Positions 10,145 to 19,083 of a stretch of 64,000 nt of DNA are shown here, piece after piece (positions within the stretch are counted from its first letter, which is position 1; each line of letters opens with the position of its first letter). Under the pieces are notes generated by a model. That model saw only the letters and a program-made list of their open reading frames with translations, was not told the origin of the DNA and ran no database searches. The DNA is from an uncultured Spirochaetota bacterium (lineage in GTDB: Bacteria > Spirochaetota > Brevinematia > Brevinematales > JAOACQ01): contig CAWAOD010000009.1 in the NCBI GenBank assembly GCA_963783575.1, positions 679,191 to 743,190 of the forward strand, in the 5' to 3' direction. Both the position numbers and the translations under genes were made by a program.

Positions 10145-12253
10145 ATGGAGCAATTGGTAAAGGAATTGGTCCAATCAAAAAAAACTTTAAATCAAGCCGC
10201 TTTTGTCACTAAAAGAGACGGAAGGGTTGCTGATTTTGACGCATCAAAGATCGCTTCAGCAGTAAGTAAGGCTTTTGATGCGACAGGCGAAGGCAATTAC
10301 AATCAGGCCTGGGAAATCACCGCGATGGTTGTGAGTAAACTGGATACGAAAGTTGTTGAAATCGAGCATATTCAGGACATGGTTGAAGACACGCTGATGA
10401 ACATGGGCCATAGAAAAGCCGCAAAGGCCTATATCCTTTATCGCGCCAAAAGGAATGAAATCCGTAATATCAACAAAACCCTTAATGAGAGCCTGAATAT
10501 AATCGAAGATTATGTTCATTTAAGAGACTGGCGGGTCAACGAAAACAGCAATATGAGCTATTCTCTTCAGGGGCTCAATGCCCATGTTTCTTCAACAATC
10601 ACTGCCAATTACTGGCTTTCAAAGATCTATACTCCCGAAATAGGCGAAGCTCACAGGAGTGGCGCTCTGCATGTTCATGATCTCGGTTCTTTATCGGCTT
10701 ACTGTGTAGGCTGGGATCTGGAACAGCTTCTTATAATGGGTTTCGGCGGCGTCAGCGGCAAGGTTGAAAGCAAGCCCGCAAAACACTTCCGGTCGCTTCT
10801 GGGACAGATTGTAAATTTTTTTTATACTCTTCAGGGAGAAGCCGCGGGTGCACAGGCTTTTGCCAACTTTGACACGCTTCTCGCACCTTTTATCAGGTAC
10901 GACAAACTTTCGTATGAAGAAGTCCGGCAGGCTCTTCAGGAGTTTGTATTCAACCTTAATGTGCCGACCAGGACCGGTTTTCAGACACCTTTTACAAATA
11001 TTACATTCGACCTTGTCTGCCCTAGCTATCTTAAGGATAAAGGAGTCATAATCGGCGGTGAAATCCGCGATGAGAGCTATTCGGAATTTAAAACCGAGAT
11101 GGAATACATCAACAGGGCATTTGCAGAAGTTATGCTGTCCGGCGACGCAAAAAACAGGCCTTTCACGTTCCCGATTCCGACTTACAATATAACAAGAGAC
11201 TTTGACTGGGGAAACCCTGCTTACGAAGCCATCTGGGAAATGACGGCAAAATATGGCACTCCATATTTCAGCAATTTTATAAATTCCGACATGAATGTGG
11301 AAGACGCCAGAAGTATGTGCTGTCGGCTGAAGCTTGACAACCGGGAAGTTCGCGCTCAGCTTGATAAAATGACTATCGCAGGGAATTATGCTGAAGAAAC
11401 CGATCATTTTAAAAGAGGAGGGCTTTTCGCGGCAAATCCCATGACCGGTTCAATCGGGGTAGTTACGATCAATCTTCCGCGTATCGCATACATATCTCAA
11501 AATGATGCTGAGTTTTTCGCCAACTTAAAGCAGATGATGGAAATATCCAGGACATCCCTTGAAATGAAAAGAAAAATAATCGAAGAATTGACAGATATCG
11601 GATTATATCCATATACCCGGATTTATCTTGAGGACATTAAAAAAAGAAGCGGCAGATACTGGACAAACCATTTTTCAACAATTGCATTGATCGGTATGAA
11701 TGAAGCCGTTATGAATTTTCTGAAAATGCCTTATCATTCAGATAAAGGAAAGGCGTTTGCCATAAAAGTCCTGGATTTTATGCTTGAAACAATGGAATTG
11801 TTCAAGTCCGAAACCGGAAATCTTTATAACCTCGAAGCATCGCCTGCCGAAGGAGCCAGCTACCGCCTAGCGAAGGCAGATAAAAAGAGGTTTCCCGACA
11901 TATTGTCCTCGGGAACGGAAGAGGCGCCTTATTACACAAATTCCGTACATCTGCCGGTAAATATTACCGATGATATTTTCGAAGTACTGGATCACCAGGA
12001 TGAACTGCAAGCTAAGTTTACAGGAGGCACGGTAATCCATATTTTCCTGGGAGAGAAAATCAACAATTATCGGGCAATCGCAGAAATTGTCAAGACTATA
12101 TCAAGCCAATACCGTCTTCCGTATTTTTCAATAACACCGACTTTTTCCGTATGCCCAATACATGGCTATATTTCAGGAGAGCATTGGACCTGCCCATATC
12201 CGCATACGGAAGAAGAGCTGAAAAAATACGGGAAGTACATAGAAAGTATTTAA
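10145..12253 (+). CDS. nrdD: Class III anaerobic ribonucleoside-triphosphate reductase, large part (ATP cone + barrel + metal site, lacking glycyl-radical loop)
   Basis: VTKRDGR ATP cone, HVHDL, RSMCCRL, NLEASPAEG, CPIHG...CP; no RVxGY motif. Confidence 0.93.
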   Translation: MEQLVKELVQSKKTLNQAAFVTKRDGRVADFDASKIASAVSKAFDATGEGNYNQAWEITAMVVSKLDTKVVEIEHIQDMVEDTLMNMGHRKAAKAYILYRAKRNEIRNINKTLNESLNIIEDYVHLRDWRVNENSNMSYSLQGLNAHVSSTITANYWLSKIYTPEIGEAHRSGALHVHDLGSLSAYCVGWDLEQLLIMGFGGVSGKVESKPAKHFRSLLGQIVNFFYTLQGEAAGAQAFANFDTLLAPFIRYDKLSYEEVRQALQEFVFNLNVPTRTGFQTPFTNITFDLVCPSYLKDKGVIIGGEIRDESYSEFKTEMEYINRAFAEVMLSGDAKNRPFTFPIPTYNITRDFDWGNPAYEAIWEMTAKYGTPYFSNFINSDMNVEDARSMCCRLKLDNREVRAQLDKMTIAGNYAEETDHFKRGGLFAANPMTGSIGVVTINLPRIAYISQNDAEFFANLKQMMEISRTSLEMKRKIIEELTDIGLYPYTRIYLEDIKKRSGRYWTNHFSTIALIGMNEAVMNFLKMPYHSDKGKAFAIKVLDFMLETMELFKSETGNLYNLEASPAEGASYRLAKADKKRFPDILSSGTEEAPYYTNSVHLPVNITDDIFEVLDHQDELQAKFTGGTVIHIFLGEKINNYRAIAEIVKTISSQYRLPYFSITPTFSVCPIHGYISGEHWTCPYPHTEEELKKYGKYIESI

Positions 12254-12256
12254 CTA

Positions 12257-13389
12257 GTGCTTAATTGCAATAATAAGCGTTATTAATTATAATCTTAGAC
12301 ATAAAAAAGGAGGTTGTATGTCTAAGAAAACGCAAGTTATAACATGCACCAAAGCGGATGAAATTATTCTTGATAGTTGGGTGAGAAGCCGAACTATGGA
12401 AGCGCGACTTGTAGAGAGGGCGAAAATAATTGTCAATAGCCTGAAAGGACAAAATGTATCTGAGATTGCGGCTGACCTTCACATAAGACCAAATACGGTT
12501 ATTGATTGGAAAAAAAGATTTCAGCAAAAAGGAATTGATGGATTGTATGATCTGCCCAGGTCAGGAAAGCCAAAAATATATGGGCAGAATTTCAGGGACA
12601 AAGTTTTAGAAACTCTGGAAAAAACACCGCCTATCGGGCAGGCAATTTGGGATGGTCCGGCTTTAGCAAAACATTTAAACACATCAACGCATGCGGTATG
12701 GAGGGTTTTAAGAAAAGAAGGAATTTGCTTATCCCGACAGCGAAGTTGGTGTGTCAGCACTGATCCTGAATTTTCGACAAAAGCCACAAATATTATTGGG
12801 TTGTATTTAAATCCGCCGATGAATGCATTGGTTATATCTGTAGACGAAAAACCTGGTATTCAAGCGTTGGAAAGGACAACCGGCTATGTAGAGACGGATA
12901 ATGGAAAAATTGTAAGAGGATACAAAAGTACATATAAAAGAAATGGAACGCTGAACCTATTTGCTGCGCTGGAAGTAGCTACAGGGTTAATACACACCCA
13001 AACTACTGAATACAAAAGACGTATTGAATTTCTTGAGTTTATGGATAGAGTGGTGGTAGATGTTTCAAAAGATAAAGAAATTCATGTAATTTTAGACAAT
13101 TATTGTATTCACAAAAAGAACGATGAATGGTTATCCCGGAATAAGAATGTTTTTTTTCATTACACGCCTACTTCGGCAAGTTGGTTAAATCAGGTGGAAA
13201 TATGGTTTGGTATTATGAGCCGAAAAGCTCTTAGAGGCGCCAGTTTTAAAAACACGGAAGAATTGAGAGAAGCAATAGATGCATTTGTTAAAGCATACAC
13301 TGAAACCGCAAAACCTTTTGTGTGGAGAAAACGGGAAGTGAAAGGTTCTCAATTAAGAAATACTATCGTTAACTTACGCAATTAAGCAC
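12257..13389 (+). mobile_element. IS630-family insertion sequence
   Basis: Terminal IRs GTGCTTAATTGC / GCAATTAAGCAC flanked by duplicated TA (12255-56, 13390-91); empty site AACTAGTT. Confidence 0.92.
12318..13385 (+). CDS. IS630-family transposase
   Basis: N-terminal HTH (RSGKP), SVDEK, ILDN, TPTSASWLNQVEIWF DDE motifs. Confidence 0.95.
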   Translation: MSKKTQVITCTKADEIILDSWVRSRTMEARLVERAKIIVNSLKGQNVSEIAADLHIRPNTVIDWKKRFQQKGIDGLYDLPRSGKPKIYGQNFRDKVLETLEKTPPIGQAIWDGPALAKHLNTSTHAVWRVLRKEGICLSRQRSWCVSTDPEFSTKATNIIGLYLNPPMNALVISVDEKPGIQALERTTGYVETDNGKIVRGYKSTYKRNGTLNLFAALEVATGLIHTQTTEYKRRIEFLEFMDRVVVDVSKDKEIHVILDNYCIHKKNDEWLSRNKNVFFHYTPTSASWLNQVEIWFGIMSRKALRGASFKNTEELREAIDAFVKAYTETAKPFVWRKREVKGSQLRNTIVNLRN

Positions 13390-13394
13390 TAGTT

Positions 13395-13435
13395 GTTAGT
13401 CATTAGCTGCTGGTCGCTAGCAGCTAATGACTGGC
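13395..13435 (+). repeat. 19-bp hairpin built of heptamer units
   Basis: GTTAGTCATTAGCTGCTGG-TCG-CTAGCAGCTAATGACTGGC, three G-U pairs on + strand. Confidence 0.7.
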
Positions 13436-13458
13436 GGCTAATATATCGGAGGGGAATT

Positions 13459-13617
13459 ATGCTGGAAAAAAATGAAAACAAGAAGCTCGTTATTCCAACT
13501 GAGGTTTATTCAAGGGTTGTCGGCTATTACAGGCCGGTACAGCACTGGAATACCGGCAAACAGCAGGAATTCAGCGAGAGAAATACCTATGAGAAAAAAC
13601 TGGCATTGCAAGATTAG
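13459..13617 (+). CDS. nrdD: Separately encoded NrdD glycyl-radical C-terminal peptide (52 aa)
   Basis: TEVYSRVVGYYRPVQHWNTGKQQEFSER motif; own RBS GGAGGGG before ATG 13459. Confidence 0.88.
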   Translation: MLEKNENKKLVIPTEVYSRVVGYYRPVQHWNTGKQQEFSERNTYEKKLALQD

Positions 13618-13625
13618 CGGAGCTT

Positions 13626-14228
13626 ATGTTCAAAGGTATACAGAAAGTTTCTTTGATCGATTATCCCGGAATAATATGCACAACTTTATTCACTGGGGGG
13701 TGCAATTTCCGCTGCTCCTGGTGCCACAACCTGCAATTGGTTGATGCTTCCATATTAAAAGGCCTGCCCGATATACAGGAAGATCAAATAAAAACCTATC
13801 TGGCAAAAAGGAAGGGAAAAATCCAGGGAATATGCGTCAGCGGCGGTGAACCAACATTGTGGGGCGGGAAGCTTGCAGGTTTTATGCATTGGGCGAAAGG
13901 CAATGGGTTCCTGGTAAAACTGGATACAAATGGATATAATCCCGGCGTTCTTCAAAATTATATCGGGCAAAACCTCCTGGATTTTATAGCGATGGATATA
14001 AAGAACACTTTTGATAAATACAGGATTACAACGGATATAGAATCCCTTGATATATCGCTGATAAAAAAATCCATAGATATCATTAAAAAAAGCGATGTCA
14101 GGCATCAATTCAGGACAACCCTGGTTCCCGGAATGGTTTTAAAAAATGAAATGATCAAATTCTCAAGATTATTAGGCGAAGAAATTGTCTTCCAGGATTA
14201 CAGAAAAAATGATAATAATTTCCAATAG
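13626..14228 (+). CDS. nrdG: Anaerobic RNR activating radical-SAM protein
   Basis: SLIDYPG, CNFRCSWC, VSGGEPT, KLDTNG; adjacent to nrdD. Confidence 0.93.
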   Translation: MFKGIQKVSLIDYPGIICTTLFTGGCNFRCSWCHNLQLVDASILKGLPDIQEDQIKTYLAKRKGKIQGICVSGGEPTLWGGKLAGFMHWAKGNGFLVKLDTNGYNPGVLQNYIGQNLLDFIAMDIKNTFDKYRITTDIESLDISLIKKSIDIIKKSDVRHQFRTTLVPGMVLKNEMIKFSRLLGEEIVFQDYRKNDNNFQ

Positions 14229-14263
14229 AAATTTTTATTATTAAAAATAACAGGAGAAAATAT

Positions 14264-15052
14264 ATGATATGGCAGGATATTCAGCTTATCCGTTCGGAAG
14301 CGCCGCTTGTGCATAATATAACCAATTATGTTGTAATGAACACGACAGCAAACGCGCTTCTGTCCATCGGCGCGTCTCCCGTTATGTCCCATGCAATAGA
14401 GGAAGTGGAAGAGATGGCCGGTTTATCCCGTGCGCTGGTTATAAACATAGGAACTTTAAGCGTACCATGGATTGATTCAATGATAAGGGCGGGTAAGAAG
14501 GCCCAAATGTTAAAGATTCCGGTAATACTGGATCCGGTCGGCAGCGGCGCCACAAAGTTTCGTACTGAAACAGCGCTAAAACTTATTAAAGAGATCCATC
14601 CTGAGATTATACGCGGAAACGCTTCTGAAATCAGTTCTCTTCTCCAGTCCGGGCGGGGAACCAAAGGAGTGGACAGCCGGAACACACCCGATGAGGTTCT
14701 GAATGAAGCCCGTGAGCTCTCCAGGTCCGCTGGATGTGTAGTTTCGGTAAGCGGCGCGGTTGATTTGATTGTCAAAGATGATAAAGTTGCCCGGATCGAG
14801 AATGGGCACCCGATGATGGCCAGAGTAACTGGCATGGGCTGTACGGCCAGCGCGATAACCGGCGCATTTGCAGCGGTAAATCCTTCACCTTTCGATGCCG
14901 CCGCTTTTGCCATGGCTGTTATGGGGATCGCCGGTGAGATAGCTGCCGTATGTTCGGCCGGGCCGGGAAGTTTTCAGGTAAATTTCCTGGATATCCTTTA
15001 TAATATTAAGGAATCCGATATTACTCGGCGTTTGAAAATGCGGGGCTTATAA
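14264..15052 (+). CDS. thiM: Hydroxyethylthiazole kinase
   Basis: PLVHNITNYVVMN, INIGTL, LDPVG, RGNASEI, VTGMGC. Confidence 0.96.
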   Translation: MIWQDIQLIRSEAPLVHNITNYVVMNTTANALLSIGASPVMSHAIEEVEEMAGLSRALVINIGTLSVPWIDSMIRAGKKAQMLKIPVILDPVGSGATKFRTETALKLIKEIHPEIIRGNASEISSLLQSGRGTKGVDSRNTPDEVLNEARELSRSAGCVVSVSGAVDLIVKDDKVARIENGHPMMARVTGMGCTASAITGAFAAVNPSPFDAAAFAMAVMGIAGEIAAVCSAGPGSFQVNFLDILYNIKESDITRRLKMRGL

Positions 15053-15194
15053 TAAAAATAAAATGGGAAATATATCAGCCGGTTGATAAATCAATCGAAA
15101 GCCGGCCGGTATAATCATAGCTGAATATTGACTCATTATATGATTTGTTCTAATATATTATTCTGGACTGAATTTCATTTTCCGGAGAAAACCA

Positions 15195-15773
15195 ATGAAA
15201 ATAAAGAATATAATTATATTTATCTTTATTGCGCAGATATCAGCACCGATTTTTTCAGCACAGACACAGACAAATATGAATACGAATACAATTGCTAACG
15301 GAGCTTTCCTTCAGGAGTTTTACGATCAGGAAAAATCAAACCAGGAAACCGTTAAGAAAATCCAGCCGCCCAGCCCGTTCTGGACAACCGTTAAAATTAT
15401 ACTATATACAGCCGTTTTCGGCGTAGCGGCATATTTTGTCGTAAGATTCATTGTTTCTAAAAGTTCACTTCCTTTTACCGGTGATGCGAATATCATAGAA
15501 ACCCTGATGACAAAACCGATGGGAATGGGCAGTTATCTGCAGATTGTTAAAGTCGGGGCAAGCTACTATATTCTGGGACTTTCAAATGAAGGATTACGGA
15601 TGATCGATAAAATTCAGGACCAGGAAACAATCGATTACATAGAACTGAATAAAGAAAAAATCAAACCGAAAGAAACCAAGTTTTTAGATATCCTGTCATA
15701 TTTACCTCTGTCGAAAAAAACTGATAAAATGGAATTCCTTAAAAATCAGAAAAACAGGCTTAAAAAATTATAA
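15195..15773 (+). CDS. fliO: Flagellar biosynthesis protein FliO/FliZ-like
   Basis: Signal peptide, one TM, then LQIVKVGASYYILGLS FliO-like strand pattern. Confidence 0.65.
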   Translation: MKIKNIIIFIFIAQISAPIFSAQTQTNMNTNTIANGAFLQEFYDQEKSNQETVKKIQPPSPFWTTVKIILYTAVFGVAAYFVVRFIVSKSSLPFTGDANIIETLMTKPMGMGSYLQIVKVGASYYILGLSNEGLRMIDKIQDQETIDYIELNKEKIKPKETKFLDILSYLPLSKKTDKMEFLKNQKNRLKKL

Positions 15774-15774
15774 T

Positions 15775-16821
15775 ATGCCGGCGGTTTATGTTGGAATGAG
15801 CGGCGGTATTGACAGTTCCGCCGCGGCATACATCCTGAAGAGAAATGGTTTTAACGTTACCGGCGTTACTTTTACGGCTTTAAACAAAGAAGGGCTCAAA
15901 AAATGCTGCAGCATTGAAGAAATTGCCGCGGCAAAGGATGTGTGCCGATTTTTAGGGATAAAACATAAAATTATCGATATAAGGGACATTTTTGAAGCGA
16001 AAATAATAAAATACTTCATTGACAGTTACCGTTCAGGACTTACCCCCAATCCTTGCGTTTACTGTAACAGATTTGTTAAGTTCGGCGCAATGCTTGAATA
16101 CGCGCTTTCCGAAGGCGCGGACTATTTTGCGACAGGCCATTACGCCGGAATAGAAGAGATCAACGGGAATTCATTCATTAAGAAAGGTACGGATAAAGAA
16201 AAAGACCAGTCATATTTCCTTTCATACATAGAAAAAGAAAAACTTCCTTATATCAAACTCCCGCTTGGCGCTTACAAAAAACAGGATGTTCGTGAAATAA
16301 TAAAAGAGTCCGGACTCCCGGTTAATCCCCATAAACCGGAAAGCCAGGATGTATGTTTTATCAACGGCGATTACAGGGATTTCTTAATAAAAAGAGGCGT
16401 TGAAGAAAATCCCGGTGATTTCATATATTTAAATAAGACCGCAGGTTTCCATAAGGGAATACCTTTTTACAGCCTGGGACAGCGCAGGGGTTTGAACATA
16501 TCTGTGGGGAACAGGGCTTTTATCCGCGAGTTCGATCTTGAAAATAACCGCATTATGCTTGGTGATAAGCCGTTATCCAGGGAATTTACAGTCCGCGGAT
16601 TGAATATATTTACCGGAGATTTTACAAATGGAAGATTTTCGGTGCAGATTCGCTACAGAAGCAATATCATTGAAGGGTCTGTAAAAATTGAAGGAGATGG
16701 GGCCGAAGTTTTCCTGATAGAGCCGCAGGAGATCATCTCCCCCGGGCAGTTTGCCGTTTTTTACAGGGACGATTTAGTCTATGCCAGCGGAGTGATCAGG
16801 GATGTGAGGCTTATTTCCTGA
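15775..16821 (+). CDS. mnmA: tRNA 2-thiouridylase
   Basis: GMSGGIDSS, TPNPCVYCN, ATGHYA, KDQSYFL, ESQDVCF, PGQFAVFY. Confidence 0.96.
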   Translation: MPAVYVGMSGGIDSSAAAYILKRNGFNVTGVTFTALNKEGLKKCCSIEEIAAAKDVCRFLGIKHKIIDIRDIFEAKIIKYFIDSYRSGLTPNPCVYCNRFVKFGAMLEYALSEGADYFATGHYAGIEEINGNSFIKKGTDKEKDQSYFLSYIEKEKLPYIKLPLGAYKKQDVREIIKESGLPVNPHKPESQDVCFINGDYRDFLIKRGVEENPGDFIYLNKTAGFHKGIPFYSLGQRRGLNISVGNRAFIREFDLENNRIMLGDKPLSREFTVRGLNIFTGDFTNGRFSVQIRYRSNIIEGSVKIEGDGAEVFLIEPQEIISPGQFAVFYRDDLVYASGVIRDVRLIS

Positions 16822-16824
16822 AAG

Positions 16825-18138
16825 TTAATCTTCCGTTAATTCAACAGCGCCTTTCCTTACCCTGGCATTGCCGGCCTTTACTTCAAAAAATTCGTTTTCC
16901 CTGCATTCTTTTTTTGTATAAATTTTCAGATAATTCGGAGTATAGCCTGTCCAGAAGCCTTCCTCTCTGGTTTCAATTAAAACCCTGTATTTTTTACAAA
17001 GTATAATTCTTTTAACAAATTCCATTCCAGATTCAACGGCCGCTTCTTCCAGGCGTCTGTACCGCTCTTTTTTGATATTTCCGTCAATATCTTTCATCAA
17101 TGCCGCTTTTGTATGCGAACGTTGAGAGTAAGAGAAAATGTGCACCCGGGTGAAAAAAGCTTTTTTTACCAGATCAATGGTTTCAAGGAATTCTTCTTCG
17201 GTCTCCTCAGGAAACCCGGTAATTATATCGGTCGTGATCCCGCAATCAGGAATTCTTTCCCTGATTATTTTGGTCAATTCTAGGAAATATTTTGAAGAAT
17301 AATTTCGGTTCATTCTTTTTAATACACTGTCGCTTCCGCTCTGTACCGATAAATGAAAATGCGGTGTTAGTTTTGCGGCGGCAGAACCTTTTCCTGCCAA
17401 ATCGATAAGCTTTATGTCGAATTCATCCGGCTGCAATGAAGACAAACGTATCCGGAAATCCCCTGGAATAAGGATAGCATCTTTTAATAAATCGTAAAGC
17501 ATAACACCGCTATAATTATAATCGCTTATATTTACCCCGGTGAGAACAATTTCTTTGTAGCCTGATTTAACAAGGTTCCTTATAAATTCAAGAGCCGCTT
17601 GCGGTTCAACACTTCTGCTTCGGCCTCTCGCGGCAGGTATTTTGCAGTATGAGCAGAACTTATCGCAGCCGTCCTGAATTTTCACGAAGGCGCGTGTCCT
17701 CTCGAATTCCTTCACAACCGGGAACGAGCGTTCCGCTCGATCATTATTACTATTAATATTATGATCGCAAATAATATTTTCAGGATGATTTTTATCAAAC
17801 TCGGGTCTCAATTCAATCAAATCAGCTATATTGAATTTTGAGTCGTTTTTTACAACTATATCCGCGTATTCGGCTGTGTTTAATTCATCAAAACCGGTCG
17901 TGGCATAGCATCCGGTCGCGATGACTTTTTTGCCTTTTATTTTTGCCTTCCGCATGACCTGCCTTGATTTAACATCGGCATTGTTGGTTACCGAGCAGGT
18001 GTTGACGATTACATAATCCGAATTGTCGATATTGTTTGAAATTTCATACCCTTTTAAAAGCAGGTTCTCCGCAATAGCTCTTGATTCGAACTGGTTTAGC
18101 TTGCAGCCGATGGTTTCTATATAAATTTTTAAAGGCAT
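16825..18138 (-). CDS. mtaB: tRNA t6A37 methylthiotransferase
   Basis: TIGCKLNQFES, NTCSVT, KIQDGCDKFCSYC; start placed at ATG 18138. Confidence 0.9.
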   Translation of the reverse strand: MPLKIYIETIGCKLNQFESRAIAENLLLKGYEISNNIDNSDYVIVNTCSVTNNADVKSRQVMRKAKIKGKKVIATGCYATTGFDELNTAEYADIVVKNDSKFNIADLIELRPEFDKNHPENIICDHNINSNNDRAERSFPVVKEFERTRAFVKIQDGCDKFCSYCKIPAARGRSRSVEPQAALEFIRNLVKSGYKEIVLTGVNISDYNYSGVMLYDLLKDAILIPGDFRIRLSSLQPDEFDIKLIDLAGKGSAAAKLTPHFHLSVQSGSDSVLKRMNRNYSSKYFLELTKIIRERIPDCGITTDIITGFPEETEEEFLETIDLVKKAFFTRVHIFSYSQRSHTKAALMKDIDGNIKKERYRRLEEAAVESGMEFVKRIILCKKYRVLIETREEGFWTGYTPNYLKIYTKKECRENEFFEVKAGNARVRKGAVELTED

Positions 18139-18139
18139 T

Positions 18140-18952
18140 TTACCAGACACCTTTTTCTTTAAGAACGGCAGTGGTTTCAAATCCAACCTCTTTAACAAGA
18201 ATGCCGCTGTCTTCATCCACCCAGAAATAAAAATCCCTGACATATTGATCCGTCAGTCTCCCCAGGAATGGATCTCCGAGGGCAAAACCAAGCTTGATTG
18301 TATTGAACTGCCCGGCTTTCGTATTAAGTATCTCTTTTCCCTTTACAATAAAACTGCCGAAAAAGCTGGTCTTTATATATTGAGGCACAACCAGGTAAAT
18401 AATTCCCGGGCTGCCGGCTTTCAGAAACCGGATACCCATGAACATTATAAAATTCCAGTTCCAGACCGGATAATCCGGGTCTACTTTGATATGGCTCGTC
18501 CTTGTGTTGAATTTAAATCCATTCCAGATTTGTTCGGTACAGATTGCCATTCCGTTTTTATAGTCAACTGAAATTTCGGTCATCGCCGGTTCATCCGAAT
18601 TCTCAAGGACGGCATTGGTACGGTTGTCATCGAAGTAATGTAAAAGCGAGCCGTTCTTAAGAGAAACGAACATAATGGTCTGGTAGTTTTTGTAATCGTC
18701 TGGAAATTTCAATCCAGATCCGTCTTTTAGATAATGCGCATAAACTTCGGCAATATCATCGCTTATTTTTGTGACGATTGTAAATGAATATTTTTGCCCG
18801 CGGTCGTTCAGAACCTCGTACTTAAGCTTTTCACCGTCTGGAATGGTTTTATCGGTTGCCTGTAAAGGCACATGCGCTATTTTTTTTGTTGTACACCCTG
18901 CTGTAATGAAAACAATCAGGATGATCATCATAATGCTTAATTTATTATACAC
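18140..18952 (-). CDS. Hypothetical lipoprotein (DUF3108-like beta-rich)
   Basis: Lipobox-like ITAGC; GEKLKY..., KGKEILNTKAGQFNTIKL motif; paralog at 33989-34819. Confidence 0.6.
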   Translation of the reverse strand: MYNKLSIMMIILIVFITAGCTTKKIAHVPLQATDKTIPDGEKLKYEVLNDRGQKYSFTIVTKISDDIAEVYAHYLKDGSGLKFPDDYKNYQTIMFVSLKNGSLLHYFDDNRTNAVLENSDEPAMTEISVDYKNGMAICTEQIWNGFKFNTRTSHIKVDPDYPVWNWNFIMFMGIRFLKAGSPGIIYLVVPQYIKTSFFGSFIVKGKEILNTKAGQFNTIKLGFALGDPFLGRLTDQYVRDFYFWVDEDSGILVKEVGFETTAVLKEKGVW

Positions 18953-19083
18953 ATAATCCGTCCATATTAATTATAACAATTTTTCACTATAAAATGAAAT
19001 ATTATATACTTTTGATTATTCCCGCCGGAACTGCTAAAATAATTACCGTTTATTTTACAATAAATAATTTAGGAGCTTACCCT

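Noticed and set aside
12254..13392. IS630 insertion as the cause of nrdD splitting
   Set aside because: The nrdD stop precedes the duplicated TA and the small ORF has its own RBS
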